A stretch of 64,000 bases of DNA from assembly GCA_031549405.1 (NCBI GenBank), contig JAVBPV010000033.1, positions 28,921 through 92,920 of the forward strand, given 5' to 3'. Made by a program: the position numbers and the translations under genes. Below are positions 27,675-37,991 of this stretch, one piece after another; the stretch's first letter is position 1, and each line of letters opens with the position of its first letter. This DNA is from Desulfovibrio sp. (GTDB taxonomy: Bacteria > Desulfobacterota > Desulfovibrionia > Desulfovibrionales > Desulfovibrionaceae). The notes under the pieces were generated by a model. The model was not told where the DNA came from. It was given only the letters and a program-made list of their open reading frames with translations, and searched no databases.

Positions 27675-29054
27675 TCACCGCCAGTCGCCCAAAATACGGT
27701 CCAGCACAATGGCGGCCGCGGCACGGACGGAAAGGTGGTTATACCCGCCAAAGCCGCGCACCGGCGGCGCAAAGGCATGGCAAAGCCCGTGCAGCTCGGG
27801 CGAAAGCCCGTGTCCGGTGCCGAAAAGCAGCAGCACGGGGCGCTCTTTAAGGGCGTTGCGAATGTCCGCGTAGCCCAGGGAGGAAATTTTGTCCGCAAAC
27901 CCGGCGGTGGTGCCCACTACTAAAGGTTCCTGCCCGCTGGCCGCGGCAATGTCCAGCACCGCGTCTTCCACGCGGTCCACCCCTTTGACCAGGCCAAGGG
28001 CCGTGTCGCGGTCGGGGTTGCTTTCCCTGCCGGAACCCCTGGTCCAGTGCGCCAGTATGTCATCCAGCAGGCGGCGCTGATCAGCCAGGGGGGTTGTCAC
28101 ATAATAGCCGCCCAGGCCATACGTGCACGAACTGCGGGCTATATCGTGAATGTCGAGGTTTGTCAAAGATACAGCCACGGAATTTTTTTGTTTGTCCAGC
28201 ACCGGGTAGTGGACCAGGGCCGCGTAAAGGTTGCGGCCGGCGCGCCGGCGCGGTAAAGACCGCAAAAACTCCCGGTCCTGTGCCGACAGGGGCGCTTCGG
28301 ACAAAAGTTCGGGCCGCGCGGACAGGGTCACGGCCAGGGAGGCCCGCCGCCGGTATGCGGCCACGCGGCCGTGGTCGCCGCTACGCAGGGCTTCCGGCAC
28401 GCCAAGGCCGTGGAACACCTCGGGCCGGGTGTAGTGGGGGTATTCCAGAAGCCCGCGCGAAAAGCTTTCCTCCTCGCCCGAATCTTCATGCCCCATGAAT
28501 CCCGGCAGCAGCCGGGCCACGGATTCCATCAGGCACAGCGCCGCCGCCTCGCCCCCGTTCAGCACGAAATCGCCCACAGAGACGCTTTCCATGCCGAAAA
28601 GTTCCTCCACTCTCGCGTCAATGCCCTCGTACCGGCCGCACACCAGGGTAAGCCGGTCCTCGGCCGCCAGTTCCCGCGCCAGTTCCTGGTCCAGGGGCCG
28701 CCCCTTGGGCGCCAGGAATATCAGGCGGCCGGGCGCGGGGGGGGCACCCCCCTGCCGGGTTCCAAGGGCGAAGCCCTTGGCTGCCGGAGGCATCATACTT
28801 TCGGCGCGCGCGCCATCTCGCATGGAGAATCCCAACCCTTGCAGGGTGGCGGCCAGAGGCTCGGCCAGCATGACCATGCCGGGCCCGCCGCCGTAGGGGC
28901 GGTCGTCCACGGTGCGGTGTTTGTCCGTGGCCGCGTCGCGCGGGTTGTGCAGGCAAACGGAAACGATGCCCGCCTCCCTGGCGCGCAGCATGAGCCCGCA
29001 GTCCAGGGGGCCGTTGAAAAACTCGGGGAAAAGGGTGACCACGTCGATGCGCAT
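27675..29054 (-). CDS. trmD: tRNA (guanine37-N1)-methyltransferase TrmD fused to a second SPOUT-like domain
   Basis: DDRPYGGGPGM, CGRYEGID and LEYPHYTRP; C-terminal domain with ALVHYPV, TNLDIHDIAR and YNHLSVR. Confidence 0.93.
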   Translation of the reverse strand: MRIDVVTLFPEFFNGPLDCGLMLRAREAGIVSVCLHNPRDAATDKHRTVDDRPYGGGPGMVMLAEPLAATLQGLGFSMRDGARAESMMPPAAKGFALGTRQGGAPPAPGRLIFLAPKGRPLDQELARELAAEDRLTLVCGRYEGIDARVEELFGMESVSVGDFVLNGGEAAALCLMESVARLLPGFMGHEDSGEEESFSRGLLEYPHYTRPEVFHGLGVPEALRSGDHGRVAAYRRRASLAVTLSARPELLSEAPLSAQDREFLRSLPRRRAGRNLYAALVHYPVLDKQKNSVAVSLTNLDIHDIARSSCTYGLGGYYVTTPLADQRRLLDDILAHWTRGSGRESNPDRDTALGLVKGVDRVEDAVLDIAAASGQEPLVVGTTAGFADKISSLGYADIRNALKERPVLLLFGTGHGLSPELHGLCHAFAPPVRGFGGYNHLSVRAAAAIVLDRILGDWR

Positions 29055-29060
29055 GGCGTG

Positions 29061-29624
29061 CTACCCCGCTGTTTCCGGGGAGCCGCCGCCCGCCAGATAC
29101 AGCTCGAACAGCCCCGGCGGCGGGTCGATGCGGACAAATCCGCCCGCCACATTGATTTCCAGGATAAGTTCTTGCGCGGCGGGGAAGAGCGCTTCGCCCT
29201 CAGGGGTGCGGATGGTCCAGATGTCCTGTCCCGCCGGGGTGTCCACAGAGGCGATGACGCCGATTTCGCGCTCCGCGCCGTTTTCTGCGGCCAGCACCCT
29301 CAGGCCGGGCAGATCGCCCAGGTAGACCTCGCCTTCCTCCAGGGGGGGCAGTTGCGAACGGGGCGCCAGAACCTGGTGTCCCCGCAAAAGCTCGGCCTGG
29401 TTGCGGTTTTCCACCCCTTTCAGGCTGACAAGGAGCGCGCCGTGGTGCACGCGCAGGTGGCGTATTTCGAAGGCGCGGGCCGGGGTCTCGGCAGAGGGCC
29501 GCAGCCACAGCCCGCTGTCCAGGATGTTTGCCGACTCCGCGTTCAGGACAAGGGCCAGTTCGCCCCGGATGCCGTGGGCTTTGGTGATGCGGCCCACGGG
29601 AAGCAGGGCGGAGTTGTCAGGCAT
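29061..29624 (-). CDS. rimM: Ribosome maturation factor RimM
   Basis: VGRITKAHGIRGE, NRNQAELLRG, LPPLEEGEVY; position between khpA and trmD. Confidence 0.92.
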   Translation of the reverse strand: MPDNSALLPVGRITKAHGIRGELALVLNAESANILDSGLWLRPSAETPARAFEIRHLRVHHGALLVSLKGVENRNQAELLRGHQVLAPRSQLPPLEEGEVYLGDLPGLRVLAAENGAEREIGVIASVDTPAGQDIWTIRTPEGEALFPAAQELILEINVAGGFVRIDPPPGLFELYLAGGGSPETAG

Positions 29625-29797
29625 GGCGGCACCTTGAAGTTTCATAAAGATGGGATGTCCGGAAAAGACTGTCGCGAAACGCGCCCCGGAACAGGGCTCC
29701 GGGGCGCGGATGATGCGGGATAGTACTGGGTACGGCGGAAAATACATGCAAGTCGCCGCCCGGCCTGGGCCGGCGCGGCGGATGCCGCCGGGGGAGC

Positions 29798-30031
29798 CTA
29801 TTCGAGTATTTCGAGCACGGAGCGCTTCTTCAGCTTGGTGGAGGCGGCGCCGAGAATGGTGCGCATGGCCCGTGCCGTGCGTCCCTGCTTGCCTATCACC
29901 TTGCCCAGATCTTCCTTGGCGACTCGCAATTCATACACAATGGTCTGCTCACCGCCCACTTCCGTGACCTGAACTTCCTCAGGTTTGTCCACCAGTGCCT
30001 TAGCTATGTATTCGACCAGTTCTTTCAGCAT
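29798..30031 (-). CDS. khpA: KH-domain RNA-binding protein (KhpA/YlqC)
   Basis: [17 protein letters not shown]; canonical position after rpsP. Confidence 0.93.
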   Translation of the reverse strand: MLKELVEYIAKALVDKPEEVQVTEVGGEQTIVYELRVAKEDLGKVIGKQGRTARAMRTILGAASTKLKKRSVLEILE

Positions 30032-30166
30032 GAGATACCTCATCTTCAGGGCTGCGTGATCTCAGGGCTGCATGATCTGGAAGGCAAAACGGCGGAGGGG
30101 AAGGGATAATAAAGAACATGCGCTGCGCGGCGCCTTTCCCGCGAAATGCACCATGCGCCCTGAACG

Positions 30167-30406
30167 TTAAAGAGCAAACGATTTCAACAGATTACGAACG
30201 GTGTCGGAAGCTTCCGCCCCCAAAGCCAACCACTTTTTCACCTTTTCCTGGTCGACTTCCACTTTGGGCGGTTCCGTCATGGGGTTGTAATGGCCCAGAA
30301 ATTCCAGCGGACGGCCGTCGCGGCGCGCGGCGGAATTGGTGGCCACAATGCGATAGAAGGGACGCTTTTTGCTTCCCGTGCGGGTCAGTCTGATTTTCAC
30401 GGCCAT
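30167..30406 (-). CDS. rpsP: 30S ribosomal protein S16
   Basis: [21 protein letters not shown]...RDGR...G.YNP; GGGAG RBS. Confidence 0.97.
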   Translation of the reverse strand: MAVKIRLTRTGSKKRPFYRIVATNSAARRDGRPLEFLGHYNPMTEPPKVEVDQEKVKKWLALGAEASDTVRNLLKSFAL

Positions 30407-30447
30407 ACTTGTTTTCTCCCTATGGTGATTGTAAAGCCTGTTTTTCG

Positions 30448-30567
30448 AAAGAGCAAGGTGCTCTTCGCGCCGCACCGCGCGGCGGGGAGGCCGCCGGAAG
30501 CGGGCATGCTTCGGGGGGCGCGCTGCCGGCGGAAGCGCCGCCGGAGACAAAGAGCACCTTGCTCTTT
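30448..30567. repeat. 120-bp segment bounded by perfect 18-bp inverted repeats
   Basis: AAAGAGCAAGGTGCTCTT (30448-30465) and AAGAGCACCTTGCTCTTT (30550-30567). Confidence 0.8.
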
Positions 30568-30611
30568 GCCAGTGTTTGCGGCGTTGGGCAAGCGGAAATT
30601 GTTCCCTGCCC

Positions 30612-32123
30612 CTAACGCCGGTTTTTCTTCTTGCGTTTGCGCTCGTCTTTGCGCTTCTGGCGCAGCTTTTTTTGCTCCTCATCGGGAAAAGCGGCCCCCC
30701 CGGGCATGCCCATGCCCGGAGGCATGCCCATACCCGGAGGCATGCCCATGCCTGGAGGAAGTCCGGGCATTCCGCCGCCGGGCAGGGCCGCGCCTTTGGG
30801 CGCCTTGCCCATGCCCCTGGGCATCTTGCCCCCGGTCATGCGCTTCATCATCTCGCGCATGCCGTCGAATTGCTTTAAAAGCTGGTTGACCTCGGACACC
30901 GCCACCCCGCTGCCCTTGGCGATGCGCTGCTTGCGGCCGGCGTTGATAAGCTTGGGGTTGCGGCGTTCTTCTTTGGTCATGGAGTTGATGATGGCTTCGG
31001 TGCGGGCCATTTCCTTTTCCGGCACCGCCATGTCGCCCATTTTCTGCCGCAGCGCCCCCATGCCGGGGATAAGCTTGAGCAGCCCTTCAAGGGAGCCCAG
31101 TTTTTTCATGCGGCGCATCTGCACGCGGAAATCCTCGAAGTCGAATTCCGCCTTTTGCAGCTTGCGGGCCAGTTCTTCGGCCTCTTCGGCCTCAATGGTT
31201 CCCTGGGCCTTTTCGATAAGGGTGAGCACGTCGCCCATGCCCAGAATGCGCCCGGCTATGCGGTCCGGGTAAAAGGGCTCCAACTCCGAAATTTTTTCGC
31301 CCACCCCCACGAACTTGACGCTTTTGCCCGTGACGCTCTTGATGGACAGGGCGGCCCCGCCGCGCGCGTCGCCGTCCATCTTGGTCAGCACCACACCGGT
31401 GATGTCCAGGGCCTTGTCAAAGGCTTCGGCCACCGTGACGGCGTCCTGGCCGGTCATGGCGTCGGCCACGAACAAAATTTCCGCCGGGCGCACGCGCTCT
31501 TTGATGCCCACCAGTTCGCGCATCAGGGCTTCGTCAATGTGCAGGCGTCCCGCCGTGTCCAGCAGCACCACGTCGCAGCCCAGGGCTTCCGCTTCTTTCA
31601 CCGCGCTTGCCGCGATTTCCACCGGGTTCATCATGGTGGTGGAGGCGTAGCAGGGCATGCCCAGCTGGGAGGCCAGCGTGGCCAGCTGATCGATGGCCGC
31701 CGGGCGGTACACGTCGGCGGGCACGAAGTAGGGTTTTTTGTTCTGCGCGCGCAGCCAGTGGGCCAGTTTGCCCGTGGAGGTGGTCTTGCCCGAGCCCTGC
31801 AGGCCCACCATCATGACCACGTGGGGGGCTTTTCCGGCGAAGTTCAGGCCCGTGGCCTCGCCGCCAAGCAGCGAGACAAGCTCGTCGTGAACGATCTTGA
31901 CCACCTGCTGGGCCGGATTGAGGTTGCGGGCCACCTCAATGCCGAGGCACGCCTCGCGCACCCGCTCGACAAATTCCTTGACCACCTTGAAGTTGACGTC
32001 GGCCTCCAAAAGAGCCAGGCGCACTTCGCGCAGGCCTTCCTGGATGTTGGTCTCGTCAAGCTGGGCGCGCCCGCTGAACTTGCGGAACACCCCGCTCAGT
32101 CTTTCTGAAAGGCTGTCAAACAT
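30612..32123 (-). CDS. ffh: Signal recognition particle protein Ffh
   Basis: [38 protein letters not shown] and the M domain. Confidence 0.97.
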   Translation of the reverse strand: MFDSLSERLSGVFRKFSGRAQLDETNIQEGLREVRLALLEADVNFKVVKEFVERVREACLGIEVARNLNPAQQVVKIVHDELVSLLGGEATGLNFAGKAPHVVMMVGLQGSGKTTSTGKLAHWLRAQNKKPYFVPADVYRPAAIDQLATLASQLGMPCYASTTMMNPVEIAASAVKEAEALGCDVVLLDTAGRLHIDEALMRELVGIKERVRPAEILFVADAMTGQDAVTVAEAFDKALDITGVVLTKMDGDARGGAALSIKSVTGKSVKFVGVGEKISELEPFYPDRIAGRILGMGDVLTLIEKAQGTIEAEEAEELARKLQKAEFDFEDFRVQMRRMKKLGSLEGLLKLIPGMGALRQKMGDMAVPEKEMARTEAIINSMTKEERRNPKLINAGRKQRIAKGSGVAVSEVNQLLKQFDGMREMMKRMTGGKMPRGMGKAPKGAALPGGGMPGLPPGMGMPPGMGMPPGMGMPGGAAFPDEEQKKLRQKRKDERKRKKKNRR

Positions 32124-32356
32124 GGCCGTGTCCTATAACGATATATCGCTTCGCCGAAAAAAAGTGATTTCCGGCCCGCTCGGCCGCCCGCGGCGGCGCT
32201 CCGGGCGGTTTGCCCGGCGGAGCGGTTGTCCGTCGTCACCCGAACGCCGGAAAGGGCGCCGATCATTGTCAAAGGGATGAAGCATTACGTGCATACGGCG
32301 CGCAAGTCAAGGAGCCGGAGCGGCCCTTGTCTCCCCCGGCGGTAGCCCTTTCGGCG

Positions 32357-33094
32357 TTATTGCGCCAGCACTTGCCACAAAAACATGGCCCCGGTCAGGC
32401 CGATGAAGGAAAACAACAGGTTGCGGTAGGTGGAGCCGCTCATCCGGTTGCTTACGCGCAGGCCCAGGGCCGCGCCGGCAAGGGTACAGGGCACGCCGGC
32501 GAGCATGGGGAGCAGGGTGTCGCCGCCGTGCAGCCCGGCAATCGTCTGCGAGCCGATCATCAACACGCAGGTGATGATGAAAAAGGTGGCCAGTCCGGCC
32601 TTGCTGGTTTCTTTGCCCCAGCCGGAAAGGGAGGTATACACGGCCAGCGGCGGCCCGTTGAAGCTGAAAGCCGTGCCGAAGGTGGTGGAGAAAAAGCCCG
32701 CCGCGTATCCCCAGGACCGGCTGACTGTTACGGGCCGGCCGCCTTCAAGAAAAAGCCCCCAGAAGGCGAAACATGCCAGGAACAGGCCAAGGGCGGCCTT
32801 AAGGTAGTGCGGCGGCAGAAAGCGCAGGGCCAAAACCCCGGCAAAGGCCCCCGGAACGGCGCCCACGATCAGGGGCGTCACTCTGGACCAGTCGGTAAAC
32901 CCCCGGTAGCGCCAGCTTTGCTCCAGCCCGGCCACAAGGGTCATCAGCGTGCAGGCGGGCACCGCCACGGTTATGCTCATGCCCTGCAGCACAAAAGGCA
33001 TGGCCGCCATGGCCGCGCCAAATCCCGTGATGCCGTTCACAAATCCGCCCAGGAACCATCCCAGGGCGAACCACAGCGTTGTCGTCAGCTCCAT
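32357..33094 (-). CDS. TauE/SafE (TSUP) family exporter
   Basis: GFVNGITGFG...P and GPPL motifs; about 8 hydrophobic helices in 245 aa. Confidence 0.85.
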   Translation of the reverse strand: MELTTTLWFALGWFLGGFVNGITGFGAAMAAMPFVLQGMSITVAVPACTLMTLVAGLEQSWRYRGFTDWSRVTPLIVGAVPGAFAGVLALRFLPPHYLKAALGLFLACFAFWGLFLEGGRPVTVSRSWGYAAGFFSTTFGTAFSFNGPPLAVYTSLSGWGKETSKAGLATFFIITCVLMIGSQTIAGLHGGDTLLPMLAGVPCTLAGAALGLRVSNRMSGSTYRNLLFSFIGLTGAMFLWQVLAQ

Positions 33095-33118
33095 TGCGGT
33101 ACTCTCTCATTCGCGCTC

Positions 33119-33152
33119 CAAATAAAAAGAGTCTCCCCGCAATTTTTATTTG
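33119..33152. promoter_or_regulatory. 10-bp AT-rich inverted repeat upstream of the TauE gene
   Basis: CAAATAAAAA-N14-TTTTTATTTG. Confidence 0.35.
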
Positions 33153-33291
33153 TCGGTTACGGCGGGCCTGCCCGCCTTGATGCCGGAGATCAGGGCATTC
33201 CGGTGCGCCGGGGCGGCGCGCATTTCTCCTTGGGGCATGGAAGCCGTCTCATAATAAATTGTGAAATGAGCACTGGCGGCCGGGTTCCGGG

Positions 33292-36200
33292 CTATTTTTT
33301 CTTTCTCCAGTGGCTCAGCCTGTCAAAGGCCAGATATATCACCGGCGTGGTGAACAGGGTCAGCACCTGGCTGAAGATCAGTCCGCCGATCATGGTGACG
33401 CCCAGGGGCCGCCGCAGTTCGGACCCCATGCCGGAACCGAGCATCAGCGGCAGGGCGCTGAGCAGGGCGGCCATGGTGGTCATCAGGATGGGCCGCAGGC
33501 GCAGCAGGCAGGCCTGGTGGATGGCGTCGCGGGCCGATTTGCCCTCGCGGCGCTCGGCGTCCAGGGCGAAGTCGATCATCATGATGGCGTTTTTCTTGAC
33601 GATGCCGATCAGCAGAATGATGCCGATGATGCCCACAATGCCCAGGTCCATGTGGAAAAGCATCAGGGCCATCAGCGCCCCCACCCCGGCGGAAGGCAGG
33701 GTGGAAAGGATGGTGACGGGGTGGATGTAGTGCTCGTACAAAACGCCGAGCACAATGTACATGGTGATGACGGCCGCCAGAATCAGCCACAGGGTTCCGG
33801 AAAGGGATGTCTGGAAGGCTTTGGCCGCGCCTTCGAATGAAAGGGGCAGGGACGTGGGCAGCCCCACGCGCCTGGCGGTGCGTTCGATAACGTCCACGGC
33901 TTCGCCCAGGCTGTGGCCGGGGGCCAGGTTAAAGGAAATGGTGGCGCAGGGAAACTGCCCCTGCCTGTTGATGACCAGGGGGGTGGCGCGCTTTTCCAGC
34001 CGGGTGACGGCGGTCAGGGGCACCACGGACCCTTTGTTGCCGGGCACGTAGATGTCGTTGATGCTGGAAGGATCGGAACGGTATTCCGGCTTGACCTCCA
34101 GAATGACCCGGTACTGGTTGGTCTGGGTGAAGATGGTGGAGATCATGCGCTGGCCGAAGGCGCTGTAAAGGGCGCTGTCAATGTCCTGGGCCGTGACCCC
34201 CAGCGACCCCGCCCGTTCGCGGTCAATGGCCAGATAGGCCTGCTGGCCGCCGGTTTGCAGGTCGGAAGCCACGTCGGCCAGGGCCCCGCGCCGCGACAGG
34301 GCGTCAACCAGCTTGGGCACCCAGCGGTCCAGATCGGCCTGGGTCAGGGCTTCCACCACAAACTGGAACTGCGTGCGCGAGATTTTGTCCTCGATGGTGA
34401 TGTCCTGCACCGGCTGCATGTACAGCGTGATGCCGGCCACGCCCGCCAGGCGCGCGTTGATGCGGCGGATGATCTCCGGCGCGCGGGCCGAGCGTTCTTC
34501 CAGGGGCTTGAGGTTGATGGAGATGCGCCCGCTGTTCAGGGTGGGGTTGGTGCCGTCCACCCCGATGAAGGAAGAAAGCCCCTCCACGTCCGGATCTTCC
34601 AGCACCTTTTTCGCCACTTCGTTCTGGCGTCTGGCCATGGCGTCAAAGGCCACGCTTTGGGGGGCTTCGGTGATGCCCGCGATAATGCCCGTGTCCTGCA
34701 CGGGAAAGAACCCCTTGGGCACCGCTATGTACAGGACCACGGTAAGGGCCAGGGTGCCCAAAGCCACCAGCAGGGTCAGGGGCTGGTGGTCCAGCACGAT
34801 CAGCAGCAGGCGGTCGTACAGGCGCACTACCTTGCCCCACAGGCTGTCCGGAGCGGCGGGGGCGTCCTCGCCGTGCCCGCCGCCGCCAAAAGGCCGCAGC
34901 AGATAGGCGCACATCATGGGGGTAAGGGTCAGGGAAATGACGGCGGAAAGCAGGATGGAAACGGCCAGGGTCACGGCGAATTCGCGGAAAAGCCGCCCCA
35001 CCACGTCGCCCATGAACAGCAGCGGAATAAGCACCGCCACCAGGGAAACGGTCAGCGAAATGATGGTGAACCCGATCTGCCCGGCCCCGTTAATGGCGGC
35101 CTGAAGGGGGGATTCGCCTTTTTCCAGGTAGCGGCTGATGTTTTCCGTAACCACGATGGCGTCGTCCACCACGAAGCCCGTGGCGATGGTCAGGGCCATC
35201 AGGGTGAGGTTGTTGATGGAATAGCCCAGAAAATACATGGCCGCGAAACTGCCCACCAGCGAAAGGGGCACGGCCACGCCGGGGATGATGGTGGCCGGGA
35301 TGTTGCGCAAAAACAGGAACATGATCACGATGACCAGCCCCACGGCAAGGCACAGTTCCACGCGCACGTCGGCCACGGTGGCGCGGGTGGTGACGGTGCG
35401 GTCGGTCAGGATGCGCACGTTCACGGTATCGGGCAGGGTGGAGGACAGTTTGGGCAGCAGCGCTTTTATTTCGTCGGCCACTTTGATGATGTTGGCCCCG
35501 GGCTGGCGCTGGATGTTCACGATGATGGCGGGCGTGGTGTTGTGCCAGGCGGCCAGGCGGGTATTTTCCGCTCCGTCCACCATGTCCGCCACCGAGGAAA
35601 GATACACCGGCGCGTTGTTCTTGTAGCCGATGATCAGCTTGCGGTACTCGTCGGCGCTTCGCAACTGGTCGTTGGCGTCAATGGTCGAGGCGCGCTCCGG
35701 CCCGTCAAAGCTGCCCTTGGCGATGTTTACGTTGGCGTCGGCCACGGCGGTGCGCACGTCTTCCAGCGAAAGACCGTACGAGGCCAGCATGCGCGGGTTT
35801 ACCTGGATGCGCACGGCCGGGCGCTGCCCGCCGGAAAGGCTGACCAGCCCCACGCCGGAGATCTGGGAAATTTTCTGGGCCAGGCGCGTGTCCACCACGT
35901 CCTGCAGCCGGGGCAGGGGCATGCCCTGGCCGGTGATGGCCAGAATCATGATGGGCGGATCGGCCGGGTTCACCTTGTTGTAAATGGGCGGGTTGGGCAG
36001 GTCGGAAGGCAGGTAGTTGTTGGCGGAGTTGATAGCCGCCTGCACCTGCTGCTCGGCCACGTCCAGGCTCATTTCCAGGACGAACTGCAAGGTGATGACC
36101 GAGGCCCCGCCCGAGCTTTGCGAGGACATGCGGTTAAGGCCCGGCATCTGGCCGAACTGCTGCTCAAGGGGCGCGGTGATGCCCGAAGTGACGACCTCGG

Positions 36201-36369
36201 GGCTGGCGCCGGGATACAGGGTGACCACCTGAATGGTGGGGTAGTCGATTTCCGGCAGGGCGGAGATGGGCAGGTTGCGGTAGGCGAGAATCCCGGCCAG
36301 AAACAGCGCCGCCATAAGCAGAGAGGTGGCTACCGGCCGCAGGATGAATATTCGGGAAGGGTTTGCCAT
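33292..36369 (-). CDS. mdtB: MdtB/MuxB-type RND efflux permease
   Basis: [31 protein letters not shown] and [13 protein letters not shown]. Confidence 0.9.
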   Translation of the reverse strand: MANPSRIFILRPVATSLLMAALFLAGILAYRNLPISALPEIDYPTIQVVTLYPGASPEVVTSGITAPLEQQFGQMPGLNRMSSQSSGGASVITLQFVLEMSLDVAEQQVQAAINSANNYLPSDLPNPPIYNKVNPADPPIMILAITGQGMPLPRLQDVVDTRLAQKISQISGVGLVSLSGGQRPAVRIQVNPRMLASYGLSLEDVRTAVADANVNIAKGSFDGPERASTIDANDQLRSADEYRKLIIGYKNNAPVYLSSVADMVDGAENTRLAAWHNTTPAIIVNIQRQPGANIIKVADEIKALLPKLSSTLPDTVNVRILTDRTVTTRATVADVRVELCLAVGLVIVIMFLFLRNIPATIIPGVAVPLSLVGSFAAMYFLGYSINNLTLMALTIATGFVVDDAIVVTENISRYLEKGESPLQAAINGAGQIGFTIISLTVSLVAVLIPLLFMGDVVGRLFREFAVTLAVSILLSAVISLTLTPMMCAYLLRPFGGGGHGEDAPAAPDSLWGKVVRLYDRLLLIVLDHQPLTLLVALGTLALTVVLYIAVPKGFFPVQDTGIIAGITEAPQSVAFDAMARRQNEVAKKVLEDPDVEGLSSFIGVDGTNPTLNSGRISINLKPLEERSARAPEIIRRINARLAGVAGITLYMQPVQDITIEDKISRTQFQFVVEALTQADLDRWVPKLVDALSRRGALADVASDLQTGGQQAYLAIDRERAGSLGVTAQDIDSALYSAFGQRMISTIFTQTNQYRVILEVKPEYRSDPSSINDIYVPGNKGSVVPLTAVTRLEKRATPLVINRQGQFPCATISFNLAPGHSLGEAVDVIERTARRVGLPTSLPLSFEGAAKAFQTSLSGTLWLILAAVITMYIVLGVLYEHYIHPVTILSTLPSAGVGALMALMLFHMDLGIVGIIGIILLIGIVKKNAIMMIDFALDAERREGKSARDAIHQACLLRLRPILMTTMAALLSALPLMLGSGMGSELRRPLGVTMIGGLIFSQVLTLFTTPVIYLAFDRLSHWRKKK

Positions 36370-36514
36370 GTAAGGCGCCTGAAAAAGCAAGAATGTTTAG
36401 TGGGATAGGTCGACGGATGAAGCGCGAAACGTTCTGATTATGACGCAAGGAGGCGGCCGGAGTCAATGCGGCGCGTGGAGAAGGGGCCAGTTAAAAATTT
36501 TGGAGATGTTTTTT

Positions 36515-37684
36515 TCAACGGCCTTTTCCACCCAGTTCCATGCCCACGCGGACGGCGCGGCAGACGCGCTCGGCCGCGTCCGTAAGCATGCCCGGCGCGT
36601 CGCGCAGGCAGTCTTCCAGGTCCATGGCGGAGCAGACGGTGCCTTCCAGGGCGTCCACGCCCAGGGGCAGGATGTCGGAGGCCCCTTCGCCCAGACCGCC
36701 CGAGATGCAGATGACCGGCTTGCCCTGAGTTTTGGCGCATTTGGCCACCCCGACGGGGGCCTTGCCGTAGGCGGTCTGGAAGTCGGTGCGGCCTTCGCCC
36801 GTCAGCACCAGGTCGGCCAGGGCGGCGCGCCCGGCGAATTCTGTGGCCGTCAGTACGATTTCCACCCCCGGCATCAGGCGCGCGCCGGAAAAAAAGAGAA
36901 AAGCCGCGCCCAGCCCCCCGGCGGCTCCCGCGCCGGGATGCCGCGCCGCGTCGCGCCCTGTTTCCCGCCGGGCGATTTCGGCATAGCGTGCCAGGGCCGC
37001 GTCCAGTTCCGCCGCCACGGCGGGGGATGCGCCCTTTTGCGGGCCGAACACCGCCGACGCCCCGCGCGGACCGCACAAGGGGTTGTCCACATCGCAGGCC
37101 ACCAGGATTTCCGTGCGTTCCAGCAGGGGATCAAGGCCGGAAAGATCTATGCGCTCAAGACCGGCCAGGGCCGCGCCGCCGGGCGGCAGTTCCCGCCCCT
37201 GCGCGTCAAGAAAGCGCGCCCCCAAAGCCTGCATGCACCCCGCGCCGCCGTCGTTGGTGGCGCTGCCGCCTATGCCCACGATCAGGCGGGGCCGGGGGCA
37301 ACGCCCATGCAGGGCGCGCAGGGCGGCGCGGATGATCTCGCCGGTGCCGTAGGTGGTGGCGATGCGGGGATCGCGCTCGTGCCCGCCGATCAGGGGCAGG
37401 CCGGAGGCGGCGGCCATTTCCACCACGGCGGTCTTCCGGTCGCCGAAAAGCCCCCAGGACGCGGCGACGCTTTTGCCCAGGGGGCCGCGCACGCGCTCTT
37501 CGCGCAGGGTTCCGTCCGAGGCCCGCACCAGAGCAGCCACCGTGCCTTCCCCTCCGTCGGCCATGGGGACAAGGTCGCAGAAGGCGTCGGGAAAGACCCG
37601 CAGCACGCCGTTTTGCATGCATTCCGCGGCGGCCAGGGCCGAAAGGCTGCCTTTGAAGGAATCGGGGGCGATAAGCACGCGCAT
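36515..37684 (-). CDS. Glycerate kinase (GlxK/GarK family)
   Basis: APDSFKGSL, ADGGEGT, GGSATNDGG, GAGAAGG and TGEGR. Confidence 0.95.
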   Translation of the reverse strand: MRVLIAPDSFKGSLSALAAAECMQNGVLRVFPDAFCDLVPMADGGEGTVAALVRASDGTLREERVRGPLGKSVAASWGLFGDRKTAVVEMAAASGLPLIGGHERDPRIATTYGTGEIIRAALRALHGRCPRPRLIVGIGGSATNDGGAGCMQALGARFLDAQGRELPPGGAALAGLERIDLSGLDPLLERTEILVACDVDNPLCGPRGASAVFGPQKGASPAVAAELDAALARYAEIARRETGRDAARHPGAGAAGGLGAAFLFFSGARLMPGVEIVLTATEFAGRAALADLVLTGEGRTDFQTAYGKAPVGVAKCAKTQGKPVICISGGLGEGASDILPLGVDALEGTVCSAMDLEDCLRDAPGMLTDAAERVCRAVRVGMELGGKGR

Positions 37685-37757
37685 GGGCGTCTCCGGGGCG
37701 GATGGTGATGGGGCGCGGCCTGTATAGCACGCTCTTGCGGGGCCGGGTAGGGGGAGA

Positions 37758-37888
37758 CTAAGGCATATTAATTTTGAGAGGCTCGCTTCGGCGCTTAACG
37801 GCGAAACAAGTTTCGCCTACGCCTGCGCGGCGGGCGGCGGGAACCGCCGCCAGAACAAATAAACATTTTCAATGGTTATTTGTTCTAA
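37758..37888. repeat. Dispersed repeat family 2 (MITE-like), fuller copy
   Basis: Hairpins GGCGAAAC-AA-GTTTCGCC and AGAACAAATAA..TTATTTGTTCT; similar to 26072-26156. Confidence 0.6.
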
Positions 37889-37991
37889 GGGGCTTCCGGG
37901 CGCGAAAACGGCAAAAAGCCGCGCGGACCGGGCTAAGCGGGACGAAGGGGCTCCGGATTGCGCGGGAAAAATGATGATTGCCGGGTAAAAA

